From assembly GCA_963695875.1 (NCBI GenBank), contig CAVOID010000010.1, positions 32,001 through 96,000 of the forward strand: 64,000 nt of DNA. Reading direction: 5' to 3'. This stretch comes from an uncultured delta proteobacterium (lineage in GTDB: Bacteria; Desulfobacterota; Syntrophia; Syntrophales; UBA2185). Both the position numbers and the translations under genes were made by a program. Positions within the stretch are counted from its first letter, which is position 1; each line of letters starts with the position of its first letter. The notes beneath the pieces were generated by a model, which was not told where the DNA came from, did not search any database, and worked only from the letters and a program-made list of their open reading frames with translations. Shown here piece after piece: positions 32,411 to 43,642 of the stretch.

Positions 32411-32887
32411 ATGAATCACAAATACTTGAAGCTTTTAATAAATTTATACCCACCCTATTTGGGGACGGGGATTACCGTTAAGAGTATTTCTCCGGACTAT
32501 AGAGAAATATGCGTGCAGATGAAAATGAGGTGGTACAACCGTAATTATGTTAAAACTCATTTCGGCGGATCTTTATATGCAATGACAGATCCCTTCTTTA
32601 TGTTAATGTTGATACACATTTTAGGAAAGGAGTTTGTTGTTTGGGATAAAGCAGCTCATATTGATTTTGTCAAACCAAGTGCAGGCACGGTCACCGCGAG
32701 ATTCTTGATAAAAGAGGAACAAATCGAAGACATAATTGATAGCACTTCGGGTGGTAAAAAATATTTTCCTGAGTTTTCGGTTGATATTGTGAATGAGGCA
32801 GGAGAGAAAGTAGCGCATGTGGTAAAAACCCTGTACATAAGAAGAGTGCGTATAAAGGAAGACGGAGCAGCTGATGAGCGGCTTTGA
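32411..32887 (+). CDS. DUF4442 / hot-dog thioesterase-like protein
   Basis: [29 protein letters not shown]. Confidence 0.8.
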   Translation: MNHKYLKLLINLYPPYLGTGITVKSISPDYREICVQMKMRWYNRNYVKTHFGGSLYAMTDPFFMLMLIHILGKEFVVWDKAAHIDFVKPSAGTVTARFLIKEEQIEDIIDSTSGGKKYFPEFSVDIVNEAGEKVAHVVKTLYIRRVRIKEDGAADERL

Positions 32888-33635
32888 GTTCGTTCTCGTA
32901 GGACTTGCCGCTATCGCAGGAGGCGCGGTGAATGCCCTTGCCGGCGGCGGCACACTCATCACATTTCCGACGCTGATTGCGGTAGGTGTGCCGGCAGTAG
33001 CCGCCAACGTAACTAATACAGTAGCGCTCTGCCCTGGCTACCTGGGAGGGACCTTCGCACAGATGAAGGACCTGCGTGGGCAGGAGAGTCGTCTGTGGTT
33101 TTTCCTGCCGATTTGTATGCTGGGTGGAATTGTAGGCGGCATTTTACTCTTGAACACAGGTGAGCAGTTGTTTAGCGCGCTGGTTCCGTACCTCATTTTG
33201 CTCGCCGCGGGGCTGCTTGCTGTACAGGATCCCTTGCGTACCTGGATCGCGCGTCGTGTCGAGCGGGAGGAATCAGCAGCGGCCCACCAGAAGTGGTCGA
33301 CACTGGCGCTTATCTCAGCTGCTGTCTATGGGGGTTATTTTGGCGCAGGGATGAGCGTGATCGTGCTCGCAGTGCTCGGTCTCGTGCTGGATGACACGCT
33401 GACGCGGCTCAACGCGTTGAAACAGGCCATCGCCTTCAGCGTCAATATCGCGGCCGCCATCTACTTCCTGTTCTCGGGACAGGTATTATGGCCGGTAATG
33501 CTGGTGATGGCTGTAGGCGCGCTGGCGGGTGGAGCACTGGGCGGCCGACTGGCGGGCTGGATTCGACCCGTCGTGTTACGCTGGATCGTCGTTGCGATTG
33601 GCATCTTTGTCGCTTTAATTTATCTGGTACGATAA
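32874..33635 (+). CDS. Sulfite exporter TauE/SafE family protein
   Basis: [21 protein letters not shown]. Confidence 0.88.
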   Translation: MSGFEFVLVGLAAIAGGAVNALAGGGTLITFPTLIAVGVPAVAANVTNTVALCPGYLGGTFAQMKDLRGQESRLWFFLPICMLGGIVGGILLLNTGEQLFSALVPYLILLAAGLLAVQDPLRTWIARRVEREESAAAHQKWSTLALISAAVYGGYFGAGMSVIVLAVLGLVLDDTLTRLNALKQAIAFSVNIAAAIYFLFSGQVLWPVMLVMAVGALAGGALGGRLAGWIRPVVLRWIVVAIGIFVALIYLVR

Positions 33636-33661
33636 ACTATGATTCTATTCTGAGGTGTAAA

Positions 33662-34213
33662 ATGAAAACTGGATTAATTTTAATCGATATTCAGAATGAT
33701 TATTTCCCCGGCGGGAATATGGAACTCGTCGCGATGGAACGGGCTGCGCAAAATGCAGTGTTGCTGCTTAAGAAGTTCAGGGAAAAGCAATTCGCTGTCT
33801 TTCATATTCAGCATGTTTCAAAGCGTCCCGGGGCGACATTCTTCCTGCCAAACACAAATGGTGTTGAGATACACAAATCAGTGGCTCCACAGCCTGATGA
33901 AGTCATCATTGAAAAGTACTACCCAAATGCCTTCAGAGATACTGATTTATTGGGGGCTATTAAGAGATCAGGGGTGGATGAAGTTGTAATTTGCGGAGCA
34001 ATGACTCACATGTGTGTCGATGCGACAACACGCGCGGCATTTGATTTTGGATTCCGGTGTACTGTTATTGAAGATGCCTGCGCCACACGCAATCTCGAAT
34101 ATAAAGGGATATTAGTAGAGGCAAGCAAGGTTCAGGCGGCATTCATGGCGGCACTGGCTGTGCCTTATGCAAAGGTAATATCCGCGAATGACTTTGTTAC
34201 TAAATTTGCATAA
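33662..34213 (+). CDS. Cysteine hydrolase (isochorismatase family)
   Basis: IDIQNDYF, K, HMCVDAT, DACAT. Confidence 0.88.
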   Translation: MKTGLILIDIQNDYFPGGNMELVAMERAAQNAVLLLKKFREKQFAVFHIQHVSKRPGATFFLPNTNGVEIHKSVAPQPDEVIIEKYYPNAFRDTDLLGAIKRSGVDEVVICGAMTHMCVDATTRAAFDFGFRCTVIEDACATRNLEYKGILVEASKVQAAFMAALAVPYAKVISANDFVTKFA

Positions 34214-34255
34214 CTATAGGTTTGACCTGGAAAAGACTAAACGGAGTGAACCAGG

Positions 34256-34906
34256 GTGAAGGAAATATTGGACGCCCAGCGCCAGTATTGGCAGGAAACT
34301 TTGGTCCGGAATCCTGATATGTTTGGCCTTGAACCGAGCGAACCCGCCAGGGCTTCAGCGGAGCTGTTCAAGAAAGAAGGCAAAACCAGGATTCTCGAAC
34401 TTGGCGGCGGGCAGGGACGGGATACACTCTTCTTTGCCGGGAATGGTTTCGAGATCGCAGTGCTCGATTACTCCGACAGCGCGGTTAAGACAATTGCTGA
34501 TAAGGCGCGTAAACTTGGTTTATCCGGTTATCTCACCACGCTGAGGCATGATGTCAGAGAACGGCTTCCCTTCGATGATGAAACCATGGATGGCTGCTTT
34601 TCGCACATGCTTTATTGTATGGCACTGACGACTTCGGAGCTTGAGTTTCTCTCCCAGGAGGTGAGAAGGGTTCTGCGTCCAAACGGCCTGCATGTCTATA
34701 CAGTCAGACATACCAAAGACCCTCACTATGGAAAGGGCATTCACCGAGGTGAGGATATGTATGAATACGGCGGATTCATCGTTCATTTTTTCAGCAGGGA
34801 CAAAGTGGAACGCCTCGCAAAAGGCTATGAGATTGTCGGTATCGATGAGTTTGAAGAAGGGGAACTTCCCCGAAAGCTGTTTCGTGTGACACTCAGAAAG
34901 AGATAG
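34256..34906 (+). CDS. Class I SAM-dependent methyltransferase
   Basis: ILELGGGQGRD motif I. Confidence 0.85.
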   Translation: MKEILDAQRQYWQETLVRNPDMFGLEPSEPARASAELFKKEGKTRILELGGGQGRDTLFFAGNGFEIAVLDYSDSAVKTIADKARKLGLSGYLTTLRHDVRERLPFDDETMDGCFSHMLYCMALTTSELEFLSQEVRRVLRPNGLHVYTVRHTKDPHYGKGIHRGEDMYEYGGFIVHFFSRDKVERLAKGYEIVGIDEFEEGELPRKLFRVTLRKR

Positions 34907-35012
34907 GCATGACATATACCGTCTATATTTCCGGCTTCAGGCCTCGTTGGCCTATATCCGGCAGCAAAATATTAATTTTTTAATTACTGCGATCTGATTA
35001 GAGGGTTGAAAG

Positions 35013-35237
35013 ATGAATTTCAAACTAATATTGATTATCATCCTTACAAGTCTTGTTGTGACATTCATTACCCAAAATGTTGCTGTTGTGGAAGTTAGCT
35101 TTCTATTCTGGAGCGTTTCAATGTCGCGCGCACTGTTGATATTTCTTTTATTGGTTATCGGGTTTATTCTCGGGTGGTTCTTGCACAGCTACTTGTCTTA
35201 TCGGAAATCAAAGGATGAGTTTTCTGATGCCTTATAA
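35013..35237 (+). CDS. LapA-family (DUF1049) small membrane protein
   Basis: FITQN...V.FLFW plus two transmembrane segments. Confidence 0.75.
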   Translation: MNFKLILIIILTSLVVTFITQNVAVVEVSFLFWSVSMSRALLIFLLLVIGFILGWFLHSYLSYRKSKDEFSDAL

Positions 35238-35561
35238 TTTTAAATAAAATATTTTCCCGCTTTCTGTTCTCAATTTTTTATGCTATATAATAAGCGAAAT
35301 TTCCTATCTTTTTAATGGAAAGACCTTTGAAAAATGTATCTTTTCTATAATTCTCATGAAGTTTATCCCCCGCTAAGGCGGGAAACTATACGATAAATAC
35401 TAGATTCCAGCCTCCACGGAAATGACACATCAGGTAAAGCGGGAAAGACATTAAAAAGTCTGATTTCGTGGGAATGACTATTGAGATCATTTATAGCAAA
35501 ACCTGAAACGTTCATTGCATGAATTATTTTAAATACTCAACTAAAATAAGGAGCCTTACTA

Positions 35562-37701
35562 ATGACAAGTCCGAACATCAATCTTCACGACCGTCTTCGT
35601 TCACTGGCTATGAACCTTTGGTGGACATGGCACCCGGAGGTCATCAGCCTTTTCACTGACTTGGACCCACATCTTTGGCGCCAGGTCGACCATAACCCGA
35701 TTGCATTCCTGAATCAGATCACACCTGAACAAGTAGAGGAACGAGCCTCTGAACTGGTACTCCACAGCCGCATAAACTACGCCTTCCGGCGGCTCCATGA
35801 ATATATCACGAAGGACAGGACATGGGGAGTCATGCACTGCGGCAATCTAAACAACCGTCCGGTAGTCTATTTTTCCGCCGAGTTCGGCCTGCATGAATCG
35901 CTGCCGATATACTCCGGCGGGTTAGGTATCCTGTCAGGAGATCACCTGAAAAGCGCCTCTGATCTGGGAGTGCCTTTGATCGGAATCGGGCTTCTATACC
36001 AGCAAGGTTATTTCAGTCAGCGCCTGAACAAGGACGGTTGGCAGGAAGAAGATTACGTCAACCTTGATGTCAACAACCTTACCTCTGCAAGCCGTTATGG
36101 ATTCGAGCGGACAGCCATTAATCGTGCGGGTTGATACCAGGCATAATCCACTCAGCGCCCGTGTCTGGCAGGTTCAGGTGGGACGGGTTCGTCTGTTGCT
36201 GCTTGATTCCAATGTCGAGGGCAACTCGGCCGAAGATCGCCAATTGACTTCGCGACTCTACGGCGGCGACATCAGGTTGCGCATTCGACAGGAACTGCTG
36301 CTTGGGATTGGTGGTGCGCGAATCTTACAAGCGCTGAATATTTTCCCTGGGGTGCTGCATTTAAACGAGGGGCACAGCGCCTTTGCCATCCTCGAAGAGA
36401 TCCGCCGCACCATGGAGTATGACCAGATTCCGTTCCACCGCGCTCTCCGGCGTGTTTCATTGCGTACGGTTTTTACCACGCATACTCCTGTAGCCGCCGG
36501 CCATGACCGGTTCTCACCGGAGCTGGTCGAAGAAAATCTCGGCGTATTCAGGGAAAATTTGGGGCTGTCCCATGACGATTTTATGGCCCTGGGACGTATC
36601 AATCCGTATGACAAGTCGGAGCCCTTTTGCATGACAGTTCTTGCTTTAAAGTCCTCATGCCGGGCAAACGGCGTCTCGGCGATTCATGGCACTGTCAGCC
36701 GTCTGATGTGGCATCCTCTCTGGCCGACGCGGCCCGAGGCAGAAGTTCCAATCGGCCACATTACCAATGGGGTGCATGTTTTATCGTGGCTGGCGCCACA
36801 GATGTACCAATTGTTTGAAACACGCCTTGGGCAGGATTGGCCCACACGGCTGGTACACCCGGACATCTGGGAAAAAGTGGACGACATTGATGATGGAGAG
36901 ATGTGGGAAACGCATCAGAGTCTGAAGATGCGACTCATTCGCTTTGTCCGCCGGCGCCTGCAACTACAGGCAGAGCGTCTGGGCCACCGCGGGACAATCA
37001 AAGAAATCGATCAGATTCTTGATCCTGATGTTCTCACAATCGGCTGCGCCCGCAGGTTCGCAACCTATAAGCGGGGAGACCTGATTTTGTCCCAGGCCGA
37101 ACGCCTGGCCAAATTAGTTACAGACAAGGATCGACCAATACAGATAATTTTTGCCGGGAAAGCCCACCCGCGGGATGATGATGGAAAGCGTCTACTGCAG
37201 CGAATTGCCCAATACAGCTATAACCCCTCCAACAGAAGGAGAATCGTTTTCGTGGAAAACTACGATTACAACCTGGCCCGCCACCTTGTGCAGGGAGTAG
37301 ATGTGTGGTTGAACACGCCCCGCCGGCCCTTAGAGGCATGCGGCACCAGCGGCCAGAAGGTAGTTCTTAACGGAGGACTGAACCTTTCGGTTCTCGATGG
37401 CTGGTGGAATGAAGCGTATGACGGCAAGAATGGTTTTGCCATCGGTCATGGCGGAATGAACAATGACGAGAGCGTGCAATACAAGAGGGACGCCGAATAC
37501 CTTTATGAGACACTCGAAAAAGAAGTGATCCCTCTCTACTACGAGAGAGACGCAAGTGGAATCCCTCATCACTGGGTAGAGAGGATGAAACATGCAATGA
37601 AAAGTCTCGGTTGGCGCTTCAGTGCGGATCGTATGGTTATAGATTATGCCCACTGTTCATATCTGCCTGCGGCGAGCGCCATCTCAACCGAAATGTTATA
37701 G
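35562..37701 (+). pseudogene. glgP: Alpha-glucan phosphorylase, split by one frameshift near 36080 (likely assembly error)
   Basis: NLWWTW, YSGGLGILSGDHLKS, HLNEGH, RRFATYKR, EACGTSGQK across ORFs 35562-36134 and 36064-37701. Confidence 0.9.
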
Positions 37702-37772
37702 TTTCTTTTATTAGCCCTGCCATACCTTGCAAAACGATAGATGTGTACAGTGCGTCTGACCGAGGGAGAGCT

Positions 37773-38267
37773 ATGGTGGCACATGTCATAGCAATATTGC
37801 GTATCATCACAGGTACAGTTGGCCTCTTCTTCGGCTACTATGAGTTTTTCGACAATGATCTGGAAGCTGCACTGGATATTATCACCGTAACTGCGGTTGG
37901 GATCGTCGGGCTCCTGAGCTTCGTCGGCCATCTCATATTTCACAAGAGTGATGCCCGACGGCTGGGCTGGGAATCATCGACTCCTTACTACCAGTACGAA
38001 GTAGGGTTTGCCCACCTCGCCTTCTCACTGGCCGCAATCTTCACCTTTTTCGGTAACTGGGGACTTGCAGCTAAGATCCTGGCCATACTGGGCTACGCGC
38101 TATATCTCTTGCAGGTGGGTATACTTTACACCTGGAGATGCTATTCCGAACACATAGTCTTTTCCCGTTATTTCTTGAGGCATGCCATAGCGACCCTCAT
38201 ATATGTCGGAATGATGATCTATTTTGTAATCAGAGTAATGGCAATAACACATCTTACCCTGTTCTGA
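37773..38267 (+). CDS. Multi-pass membrane protein of unknown function
   Basis: Hydrophobic segments and GW....YQYEVGFA motif; ATG after GGAG. Confidence 0.65.
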   Translation: MVAHVIAILRIITGTVGLFFGYYEFFDNDLEAALDIITVTAVGIVGLLSFVGHLIFHKSDARRLGWESSTPYYQYEVGFAHLAFSLAAIFTFFGNWGLAAKILAILGYALYLLQVGILYTWRCYSEHIVFSRYFLRHAIATLIYVGMMIYFVIRVMAITHLTLF

Positions 38268-38390
38268 GCAGGATCATGGGTTAAAGAGCCATTCACACCG
38301 CCCCGCGGGTACGACTCTAATCAGTTGCACATAATAAAACCGAGATGGATTTGCTGCTGAGTTTTTCAGAGTGCTTCAGGATGATGCATC

Positions 38391-39290
38391 ATGGAAATAC
38401 CGCCATTTCATCCCTTTCGATCAACAAAGGCAAAAGAGCAATATCTGCGTCTGTATGATATGAGGGCGAAGAAGTGGCCTGTCCCTTCCGAGACCGGGAT
38501 GGTGGATACTTCTTACGGACAAACATTTATTCGGATCAGCGGGCCCGTTGATGCCCCGCCACTGGTGCTATTGCATGGAGGCAGCGGCAATTCACTACAG
38601 TGGATACCGAACATAAAAGAATTATCCGGATTTTTTAAAACCTATGCTGTGGACAATATCTATGACTATGGGCGGAGTGTATACACGCGACCCATCAAGA
38701 ATCCGGATGACTTTGTGAACTGGCTTGATGCGCTGTTCAACGTGCTTGAGCTTGGAGTCAATATCAATCTTATGGGCCTGTCTTATGGGGGCTGGCTGAC
38801 AAGCCTATACGCCCTCCGCTTTCCCCATCGCCTTGATAAAATAGTCCTATTGGCGCCGGCCTTTACTGTGTTACGCGTGCGGTTAAAGTGGATCATACGC
38901 GCAATCGTCGGTTCATTGCCCTATCGCCGCTTTGCCAGGAGTTTCATGTGCTGGCTGGCGGAGGATTTAGTGCATAAAGATGAAGCCGGTCGTATAATGG
39001 CAGAAGAAATGGCGGATGATGCGTTCATGGCTATGCGGTGTTTTAAGCCGAAGCGTATGGTATATCCGACAGTTTTGAAGGACGAGGAATTACAGAGCAT
39101 CAAGGTACCGACGCTTTTTTTGGTCGGTGAAAACGAAAAACTCTATTCCGCGCAGAAAGCCGCACAGCGCCTGAATAAGGTAGCGCCCCTTATAAAAGCA
39201 GAGATTATTCCCAATGCCGGTCATGACTTGACAATTGTGCAGGCTGAGATAGTTAATAGGAAGGTCCTCGATTTTCTGAAAAAACCGTGA
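38391..39290 (+). CDS. Alpha/beta hydrolase (carboxylesterase-like)
   Basis: LLHGG, GLSYGG, AGH. Confidence 0.85.
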   Translation: MEIPPFHPFRSTKAKEQYLRLYDMRAKKWPVPSETGMVDTSYGQTFIRISGPVDAPPLVLLHGGSGNSLQWIPNIKELSGFFKTYAVDNIYDYGRSVYTRPIKNPDDFVNWLDALFNVLELGVNINLMGLSYGGWLTSLYALRFPHRLDKIVLLAPAFTVLRVRLKWIIRAIVGSLPYRRFARSFMCWLAEDLVHKDEAGRIMAEEMADDAFMAMRCFKPKRMVYPTVLKDEELQSIKVPTLFLVGENEKLYSAQKAAQRLNKVAPLIKAEIIPNAGHDLTIVQAEIVNRKVLDFLKKP

Positions 39291-39380
39291 CTCTTCTGTG
39301 CATGAAGGAAATTGGTGTTGAATCTTTGAAGGAACGAAATGTTATCCTGATTAGATGCTTGAGCGCGGGAGATTAAATCT

Positions 39381-39620
39381 ATGATTGATGAACGAGTTCA
39401 AGTCGAATGCCATAGCGGCTACAAAGCCAACGAACGGCCCGTAGCGTTTACCTATCAGGGACGTCGCCGGGAAGTGAAAGAAATTATCGATCGCTGGTAT
39501 GAGGGGGGTCTTGATCCGACCCGACCGGAAATAGACTATTTCAAGGTAAGAACCACCGACGGCCAGGTCTTTATCCTCCGCTATCTTTCCCTCTTTGATG
39601 CCTGGTCCATCCGCACTTAA
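39381..39620 (+). CDS. Small conserved hypothetical protein (DUF6504-like)
   Basis: [11 protein letters not shown]...IIDRWY...YFKVRT..G. Confidence 0.65.
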   Translation: MIDERVQVECHSGYKANERPVAFTYQGRRREVKEIIDRWYEGGLDPTRPEIDYFKVRTTDGQVFILRYLSLFDAWSIRT

Positions 39621-40540
39621 TGCTTGTCGCTCGCAGCCGGCTCTCCAATTTCCTTCAAGAGTAGTTCAAGCTCCTCCCGGTTAAACTGATACCTCCTGCG
39701 GCAGAATTCACAAGTCACCTCGGCTTCTCCCTGTTCGGCAATCAGGGCGGCTATGTCTTTGCTTCCAAGGGATATCAGGACACGCTCTATCCTTTCCCGG
39801 TTGCATGTGCACTTCAGGATAAGCTCTCTATTGTCCAGGGTGTGATAGGGAATCCCCTCGAAAATGATTTCCAGCATATCTTCCGGGGTCTTGCCGGAGC
39901 GCAGTATCTGTGTGACCGGCGGCAAGTTTTCGAGGCGTGTGATTAATTTGCCGACAATCTCTTCGTCAGACGGCGGAAGTGACTGAATCAGGAAGCCGCC
40001 GGAAGCGCTCACTACTCCTGTCGGTTCGACAAAGACACCAAGCCCAACGGCTGAGGGGATCTGCTCCGATTCAGCAAAATAAAAGGCAATATCCTCTGCG
40101 ATCCCGCCGGTACGTAACTCTACGATGCCTTTATACGGTTCCCCCAAGCCTATGTCTTTCATTACGGTGAGAAATCCCTTTTGGCCCAGCACCCTGGACA
40201 CATCCAGCTTCCCTTCCTTCAACGGCACGTCGGCATCGGGCACTGCCACAAAGCCCCGTACTGCTCCGCTGCTATCCGCTTCCACGATTATCTTCCTGAG
40301 GGGGCCGTCCGCCTCAAACTTGAGGGCCAGCCGTTGATCATCCTTCAATAGGGCCGCCATCATTACACCCCCGGTCAGGGCGCGTCCCAGCGCAGCACAG
40401 GCTGTAGGTGAAGTGCCGTGCAGATGACAAGCGTCATTTACAAGGTTGGTGGTCACGCAGGCCAGTCCCAATACATTCAATTTTTCACTGATGACCCTAA
40501 CCAGGTAATTTTTCATGAACGGCATTCCTTTTTTTGTCAT
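39617..40540 (-). CDS. hslO: Hsp33 redox-regulated chaperone (start may be 40516)
   Basis: [25 protein letters not shown]...CEFC. Confidence 0.92.
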   Translation of the reverse strand: MTKKGMPFMKNYLVRVISEKLNVLGLACVTTNLVNDACHLHGTSPTACAALGRALTGGVMMAALLKDDQRLALKFEADGPLRKIIVEADSSGAVRGFVAVPDADVPLKEGKLDVSRVLGQKGFLTVMKDIGLGEPYKGIVELRTGGIAEDIAFYFAESEQIPSAVGLGVFVEPTGVVSASGGFLIQSLPPSDEEIVGKLITRLENLPPVTQILRSGKTPEDMLEIIFEGIPYHTLDNRELILKCTCNRERIERVLISLGSKDIAALIAEQGEAEVTCEFCRRRYQFNREELELLLKEIGEPAASDKH

Positions 40541-40678
40541 TGCGAGGCATGAAATGCCGTGGCAATCCCATCATATTTCTTCGTATCTCTCCCAACAAAC
40601 TTCCCCTCTCTCATCGAGGGAAAGGGAACCGGGTTGTTTCGGGTCTATGTCTTGAACCAGCCTGTATTTCATATGACA

Positions 40679-42251
40679 TTATGAGGATTCAGCGATTTCC
40701 AGAATCTTATCCACATTGAAGACCCGCTTTTCCCGGCGCGTCATACAGAGAGCCTCCAGGCCGACAAAAGGATGGCCATTGTATTCCATGTCGCCGACGA
40801 CCAGGGGCCTGATAAGGCGTCGGGACTTCTCATCCTTGGCCTTGAGATACACGATTTCCAGGGTCTGTTTTTTCATGATGGCCTTCTCGAGAAGCTGCAT
40901 TTTCTTTTCCCTGGGCAACTGCCGTTCAGCCCGGTCGTACTGACAGCGTGTCAGGAATTTCACCACCTGCCAGTCCATCAGGATGTGTTTCTTCTGCAGC
41001 GGCTTCATCAGGACAATGCCGTCCAGAGTAGTGCAGCGGGACAGGGCCACATACATCTGGCCGTGGGCGAAGGTACCTTTGCCTACGTCAATGATAGCCC
41101 TCTCAAAGGTCTTCCCCTGGCTTTTGTGGATCGTGACGGCAAAGGCAAGCCTTACAGGAAACTGGGTAAACGATCCTACAGATTTGGAGGTAAGCTCACC
41201 GTTCTTGAGATAAAAATGAAATATCTCCCACGTATAGGGTTCAATTTCCACCTTCTTACCGTTATCCAGTCTGGCAATGATGATATCCTGTCCTTCTTCA
41301 TCCTTATTGATGCCTACCATTTTTCCCACAGTACCGTTCACCCATCGTCCCGATGAATCGTTGTTGAGGAGCATGATCTGGGCTCCCTTCTTTAGCTTGA
41401 GCTCCAGAGCCGTCGGCAGGTATTGCTCGCCAAAGTCGCCTTCAACGATGCCATAGACCGACCGGGTCCTGCCGGGCAATTTTGCAAGCTCCTCCTCATT
41501 GAGACGATCGGCCATCTCGTTTGTGGTAGTGAGATAAATGTAAAAATCGTCAGGAGGGGCTACGAAGCTGGGAGCGAAAGCGCTGATTGAGCTGAACGAG
41601 ATCATTATCGGTTACGGTGCGGTTGCGGATGGTGTTCAGGAGGCGGATAAACTCGTCGTCCTTCTGACGGTAGATTTTTTCCAGTTCAACGAATTCCCAG
41701 TCCAGACCCTGAAAGGCCCTCGCGCTGAAAAAGTATGGGGTCGTGTAATGTTCCCGGAAGATTTCCCTTTCATGACCCGTCACGACGGGCGGAAGCTGAT
41801 AGAGGTCGCCGATGAAGATCATCTGGACGCCGCCGAAGGGAAGTTTCTCGTCAGGGCCGTTGAGGCGCAGGAATTTATCCATGCAATCTAAAAGATCCGC
41901 CCGCACCATGGAGATCTCATCGATGACGATCGTCTCCAGCTTCCTGTAAACATTTTTTTTCTCATCACGAATTTTTTTACGAATTGCCCGCAGGGTCACA
42001 TCGGGCTTGAAGCCAAAGAAGGAATGAATCGTCTGCCCCCGCACATTGACAGCGGCCACGCCCGTCGGCGCCAGGACAACCGCCTTTTTGTCCGTATGTT
42101 CGCAAAAGTAAGTGAGCAGAGTAGACTTCCCCGTTCCCGCCCGACCTGTGATAAAGACATTCCTGTGAGTCTTCTCCATGAAATCCAGGGCACGCTGGAA
42201 CTGGGGATTGAAATCGATGGCAGACATATCGGTGGCTTTTTTTGCTTTCAT
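40679..42251 (-). pseudogene. Pif1-like SF1B helicase with C-terminal WYL-like domain; one frameshift near 41578 (likely assembly error)
   Basis: GRAGTGKS, APTGVAA, DEISM, GDLYQLPPV, QFPVRLAFAVTIHKSQG, YVALSR; C-terminal Y......S.R.I.P...C..R...R.F..D.I. Confidence 0.88.
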
Positions 42252-42365
42252 CTTGGGTGGAACTTCGGTTTATTTTCCATGTTTACCATCTTAATCTTAA
42301 TAAGTGAAATATGGCAAGCGATTTGCGATAAGTGGAAAGAAATATGACCGTTTTTCCATGTTTTA

Positions 42366-42374
42366 TGTTATAAT
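42366..42374 (+). promoter_or_regulatory. Extended -10 promoter (candidate cassette promoter Pc)
   Basis: TG-T-TATAAT about 70 nt before the first cassette boundary. Confidence 0.55.
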
Positions 42375-42378
42375 ATAA

Positions 42379-42450
42379 AATAAGTGGAAAATCCGTCCGC
42401 CTATATGTGATTATATGGCGGACAATTTTCCACTTATTACACTGTTAGAG
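42379..42450 (+). other. attI-like site: 60-bp imperfect palindrome followed by core GTTAGAG
   Basis: aataagtggaaaat..gtccgcc / ggcggac.attttccacttatt. GTTAGAG at 42444 is complementary to CTCTAAC of attC1. Confidence 0.55.
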
Positions 42451-42456
42451 GTTCAA

Positions 42457-43035
42457 ATGGACTATTGGCAACAGCTTATAGCAATTATACTTACGCCCAC
42501 GTTATCAGTAGCTGCACTGGCCTGGATTTTAAAATCCTTGTTCAGTAGTGGACTACAGCGAGATCTTGAACGTTATAAGAGAGAGTTAGATGCCAAGCAA
42601 TTTGAACAGCAGACACGATTCTCCCTGATTCACCAAAAGCGAGCTGAAGTGATTTCAGAACTGTATGCTTGTCTTGCACGCGCAAAGGCGCGGCTTGGAG
42701 AGTTAGTCGCTATTTTTCAGCCCGGTGGGCAATCCCTTATCGAAAAAAGGAAAGTAACTGCTGAGGCATATAATCAGGCAAACTCATATTTTCACGAACG
42801 TAGGATCTTTCTGCCTGAGGAAATTGCTGAGAACGTAGATGCAGTTCTTGAAGCTATGAGAGATGCATTCGTAGAGTTTGATACCGCCCAAATGGGAAAC
42901 GAAGAATACAAACCAGACAACACGGGGCTTTGGATACAATCCTTTAATAAAGTACGGGACAAATTGCCACCGTTAATGAAAAAAATGGAAGAACAGTTTC
43001 GTTTTGAAATAGGTGCTATCGATAACAACCTCTAA
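42457..43035 (+). CDS. Cassette 1: hypothetical protein with N-terminal TM helix and helical domain
   Basis: ATG 42457 after GAGG inside the cassette; stop codon overlaps attC1. Confidence 0.75.
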   Translation: MDYWQQLIAIILTPTLSVAALAWILKSLFSSGLQRDLERYKRELDAKQFEQQTRFSLIHQKRAEVISELYACLARAKARLGELVAIFQPGGQSLIEKRKVTAEAYNQANSYFHERRIFLPEEIAENVDAVLEAMRDAFVEFDTAQMGNEEYKPDNTGLWIQSFNKVRDKLPPLMKKMEEQFRFEIGAIDNNL

Positions 43036-43103
43036 CCTCATGCTTTACTCGGACTGGTGCTACGCTGCCGCTCCGCATCAGCCGGTAAGCATGGCCGTTC
43101 GCA
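43030..43103 (+). repeat. attC site 1
   Basis: CTCTAAC...catgcttta..cgg.ctggtgc / gcatcagccggtaagcatg...GTTCGCA. Confidence 0.85.
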
Positions 43104-43112
43104 GGAGTTATT

Positions 43113-43562
43113 ATGGTTAACTTTCAACGAAATGGGGCTATAAGCAATACGCATGTTGGCAATGAATTCGAGGCTAAGGCTAAATCGTTTTTTGCTACAC
43201 AGGGTGTTATGCTTGAAAAAAATATATCAATTGAAATAGGTATTGAAGGCAAGAAAAAAGCACATAAATTTGATCTCGGTAATTCGGCGGATAAAATCAT
43301 AGTAGAATGTAAATCTCATACTTGGACTGAAACAGAAAATATACCCAGCGCGAAAATGACATCATGGAATCAAGCAATGTATTATTTCTTTGCAGCGCCA
43401 CGCGGTTACAGGAAGATTTTCTTTGCTCTTAAGCATTATAGCAAAAAGCATAAACAAACTTTAGCAGCTTACTATCTCAGAATTAACGACCACTTGATAC
43501 CTAGTGATGTAGAGTTTTGGGAGTATGACGAAGATAAAAAAACAGCACAAAAAATAAAATGA
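43113..43562 (+). CDS. Cassette 2: PD-(D/E)xK restriction-endonuclease-like protein
   Basis: GNEFE...KFD...IVECK catalytic pattern. Confidence 0.7.
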   Translation: MVNFQRNGAISNTHVGNEFEAKAKSFFATQGVMLEKNISIEIGIEGKKKAHKFDLGNSADKIIVECKSHTWTETENIPSAKMTSWNQAMYYFFAAPRGYRKIFFALKHYSKKHKQTLAAYYLRINDHLIPSDVEFWEYDEDKKTAQKIK

Positions 43563-43564
43563 AC

Positions 43565-43629
43565 TGCGAACAAGCCGCTCAAGCCGATCGCGGCCCGCTG
43601 GGCCGCTCCGGCTTAGCTTTTCGTTAGGC
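43565..43629 (+). repeat. attC site 2
   Basis: TGCGAAC...aagccg.gcggccc/gggccgc.cggctt...GTTAGGC. Confidence 0.88.
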
Positions 43630-43642
43630 CGAGTTAAGAAAT

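Noticed and set aside
31137..35237. Run of short co-oriented genes as a second cassette array
   Set aside because: Only isolated TAAC motifs (e.g. GCATAAC near 34207); no complete attC hairpins found.
42379..42438. Palindrome as the operator of a WYL transcription regulator (BrxR/CapW type)
   Set aside because: The neighbouring WYL-like domain is fused to a helicase, with no recognisable winged HTH.
42415..42456. ORF-track start at 42415
   Set aside because: It lies inside the palindrome, upstream of the cassette boundary; ATG 42457 has an RBS.
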